Shown here in pieces: positions 62,311-64,000 of a stretch of DNA of 64,000 nt. The stretch is from Wickerhamiella versatilis. Lineage: Eukaryota. The notes under the pieces were generated by a model, which saw nothing but the letters and a program-made list of their open reading frames with translations, did no database searches and was not told where the DNA came from. The first letter of the stretch is position 1. Every line of letters starts with the position of its first letter. Made by a program: the position numbers and the translations under genes. The DNA lies in the NCBI GenBank assembly GCA_030867685.1, contig JAQOWU010000008.1:1488001-1552000 (forward strand), in the 5' to 3' direction.

Positions 62311-64000
62311 CTAAGCAGACTTGTTAGCCTGCTCGGCATGAAGCTCACCCATACGGTTGAGCGCAGAACCAGCCTTGAACCAGCCGATCTGCTCAGCATT
62401 CATAGTATGCGACAGCTCAGTCTCCCAAGGCTCACCATTCTCAGGCTTGACAACCATGACAACATTCTTGCCTGGAGCAAGATCCTTCAGACCCAGCAAG
62501 CTGATACGGTCCTTAGGGTTGATCTTGTCATAGTCCTCAGGGTTGGCGAAGTTAAGAGGGAGCAATCCTTGCTTCTTCAAGTTGGTCTCGTGGATACGGG
62601 CAAAGCTCTTGGTGATAATTGCGAAACCACCGAGGAAACGTGGCTCGAGAGCAGCATGTTCACGTGAAGAACCCTCACCAAAGTTGTCACCACCAATGAC
62701 AACCCAGCGAATGCCAGCATCACGGTATGCAGCAGCAGTCTCAGGAACACCGGCCCATTCACCAGTGAAAGCGTTCTGAACATTGTTTGCCTCACCGTTC
62801 TCAGCGTTGATGGCACCAATCATATAATTATTCGAAATGTTCTGCAAGTGGCCACGGTACTTCAACCAAGGACCGGCTTGAGAGATATGGTCAGTGGTAG
62901 TCTTACCAAGGGACTTGATCAGAATTGGCATGTCGATACCATCCTTACCGTCCCACTTATTGAAGGGTTTGAGTTTCTGGAGACGGTCACTCGATGGGTT
63001 GACAACAACCTCGACATGGGCACGGTCCTTAGGTGGGGCAGTGTATGTGTTCTGGCCACGATTAAATCCCTTGGTAGGAAGTCCATCTCCATGAGGAGGC
63101 TTGAGCTTGAACTCCTTACCATCAGCGCCCTTCAACGTATCGGTGATAGGGTTGAAACGAAGATCACCAGCAATCGCATATGCAACAGTAAGGTCGGGAC
63201 TAGCGACGAAAGCATGGGTGGCGGGGTTAGAGTCGTTACGGCCAGTGAAGTTACGGTTGAAAGAAGATACGATGGTGTTCTTATCACCCTTGTTAATGTC
63301 CTGTCGGTCCCATTGACCGATGCAGGGACCACATGCGTTGGCAAGAACGACACCACCGAACTCAGTGAAAGTATCGACCAAACCATCACGGTCAATGGTG
63401 GCACGAACCTGCTCAGATCCTGGCGTAACAGTGAAAATAGACTTGGACTTAAGACCGTGCGCCATAGCATCCTTTGCAATACTGGCGGCACGGGTCATGT
63501 CCTCGTAACTTGAGTTGGTGCATGAGCCAATAAGACCAACCTTGACTTCAAGTGGCCAACCGCGTTCCGGAGCGACCTCCTTGACCTTTGAAATGGGGGT
63601 AGCAAGGTCTGGAGTGAAAGGACCGTTGATGTAAGGCTCAAGAGTGTTGAGATCGATTTCAATGACTTGGTCATACTCAGCGCCCTCATCCTTAGACAAG
63701 AGGTCTTCCTTGTACAAAGAGGCGAACTCAGCAATCTCGCTACGTTCAGTGGCCTTAAGGTAATCAACCATAGACTTGTTGAATGGGAATACAGAGGTAG
63801 TTGCACCGATCTCTGCACCCATATTACAGATGGTACCCATACCAGTGCATGAGAGGGAGTCGACACCATCTCCGAAGTACTCCATGATAGCACCGGTACC
63901 ACCCTTGACAGTGGTAATGCCGGCCACCTCAAGGATGATATCCTTAGCAGCGGTCCAGCCATTCATACGGCCAGAAAGCTTAACACCAATGTATTTTGGT
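62311..64000 (-). CDS. ACO1: Mitochondrial aconitase, 3' part (5' end lies beyond the window)
   Basis: [53 protein letters not shown]. Confidence 0.97.
   Translation of the reverse strand, partial: PKYIGVKLSGRMNGWTAAKDIILEVAGITTVKGGTGAIMEYFGDGVDSLSCTGMGTICNMGAEIGATTSVFPFNKSMVDYLKATERSEIAEFASLYKEDLLSKDEGAEYDQVIEIDLNTLEPYINGPFTPDLATPISKVKEVAPERGWPLEVKVGLIGSCTNSSYEDMTRAASIAKDAMAHGLKSKSIFTVTPGSEQVRATIDRDGLVDTFTEFGGVVLANACGPCIGQWDRQDINKGDKNTIVSSFNRNFTGRNDSNPATHAFVASPDLTVAYAIAGDLRFNPITDTLKGADGKEFKLKPPHGDGLPTKGFNRGQNTYTAPPKDRAHVEVVVNPSSDRLQKLKPFNKWDGKDGIDMPILIKSLGKTTTDHISQAGPWLKYRGHLQNISNNYMIGAINAENGEANNVQNAFTGEWAGVPETAAAYRDAGIRWVVIGGDNFGEGSSREHAALEPRFLGGFAIITKSFARIHETNLKKQGLLPLNFANPEDYDKINPKDRISLLGLKDLAPGKNVVMVVKPENGEPWETELSHTMNAEQIGWFKAGSALNRMGELHAEQANKSA

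Noticed and set aside
62848-63513. 221-aa antisense ORF over ACO1 (also 47940-48581, 1636-2361, 17525-18028 and similar)
   Set aside because: Shadow ORFs of real genes on the opposite strand, with no recognisable motifs

Overview
Eukaryotic DNA from a very compact, intron-poor budding yeast (Saccharomycotina). CTG encodes conserved Leu in Pho85 and Mcm7, so it uses the standard code and is not CUG-Ser clade. Retention of TSC2, Roadblock, RBM26/27-like and UBR7-like genes, plus short branchpoint-to-3' splice site distances, suggests an early-diverging Yarrowia/Wickerhamiella/Starmerella-type lineage (inference). The window holds about 47 mostly housekeeping protein genes (VPS33, COX8, TSC2, SMD3, PEP3, SGF11, SEN54, BRO1, RMD5, ELC1, VPS16, NOP4, TRM44, PHO85, NUG1, SNF8, CDC16, RNH70, LYS1, LIP2, ERG27, SAC6, SNF5, MCM7, CDC45, LCL2, SEN2, HRD1, SER2, FDH1, SRP68, partial ACO1 and others), two divergent intron-containing tRNAs (Phe-GAA, Pro-CGG) and two spliceosomal introns missed by the ORF track. 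No mobile element or CRISPR array was seen. Most notable: (1) a snR79-type C/D snoRNA filling the intron that follows the SEN2 start codon; (2) NOP4 split by a -1 frameshift at an A_AAA_AAG run; (3) an unannotated, strongly structured minus-strand RNA candidate with H/ACA-like boxes, overlapping a 48-aa membrane micro-ORF, near 46.0-46.4 kb; (4) an ABZ2-like protein lacking the PLP lysine; (5) a small protein with a BCL7-like N-terminus; (6) an FDH with a mitochondrial presequence; (7) head-to-head genes whose start codons are only 16-35 nt apart. Family assignments rest on recalled motifs; no database search was run.
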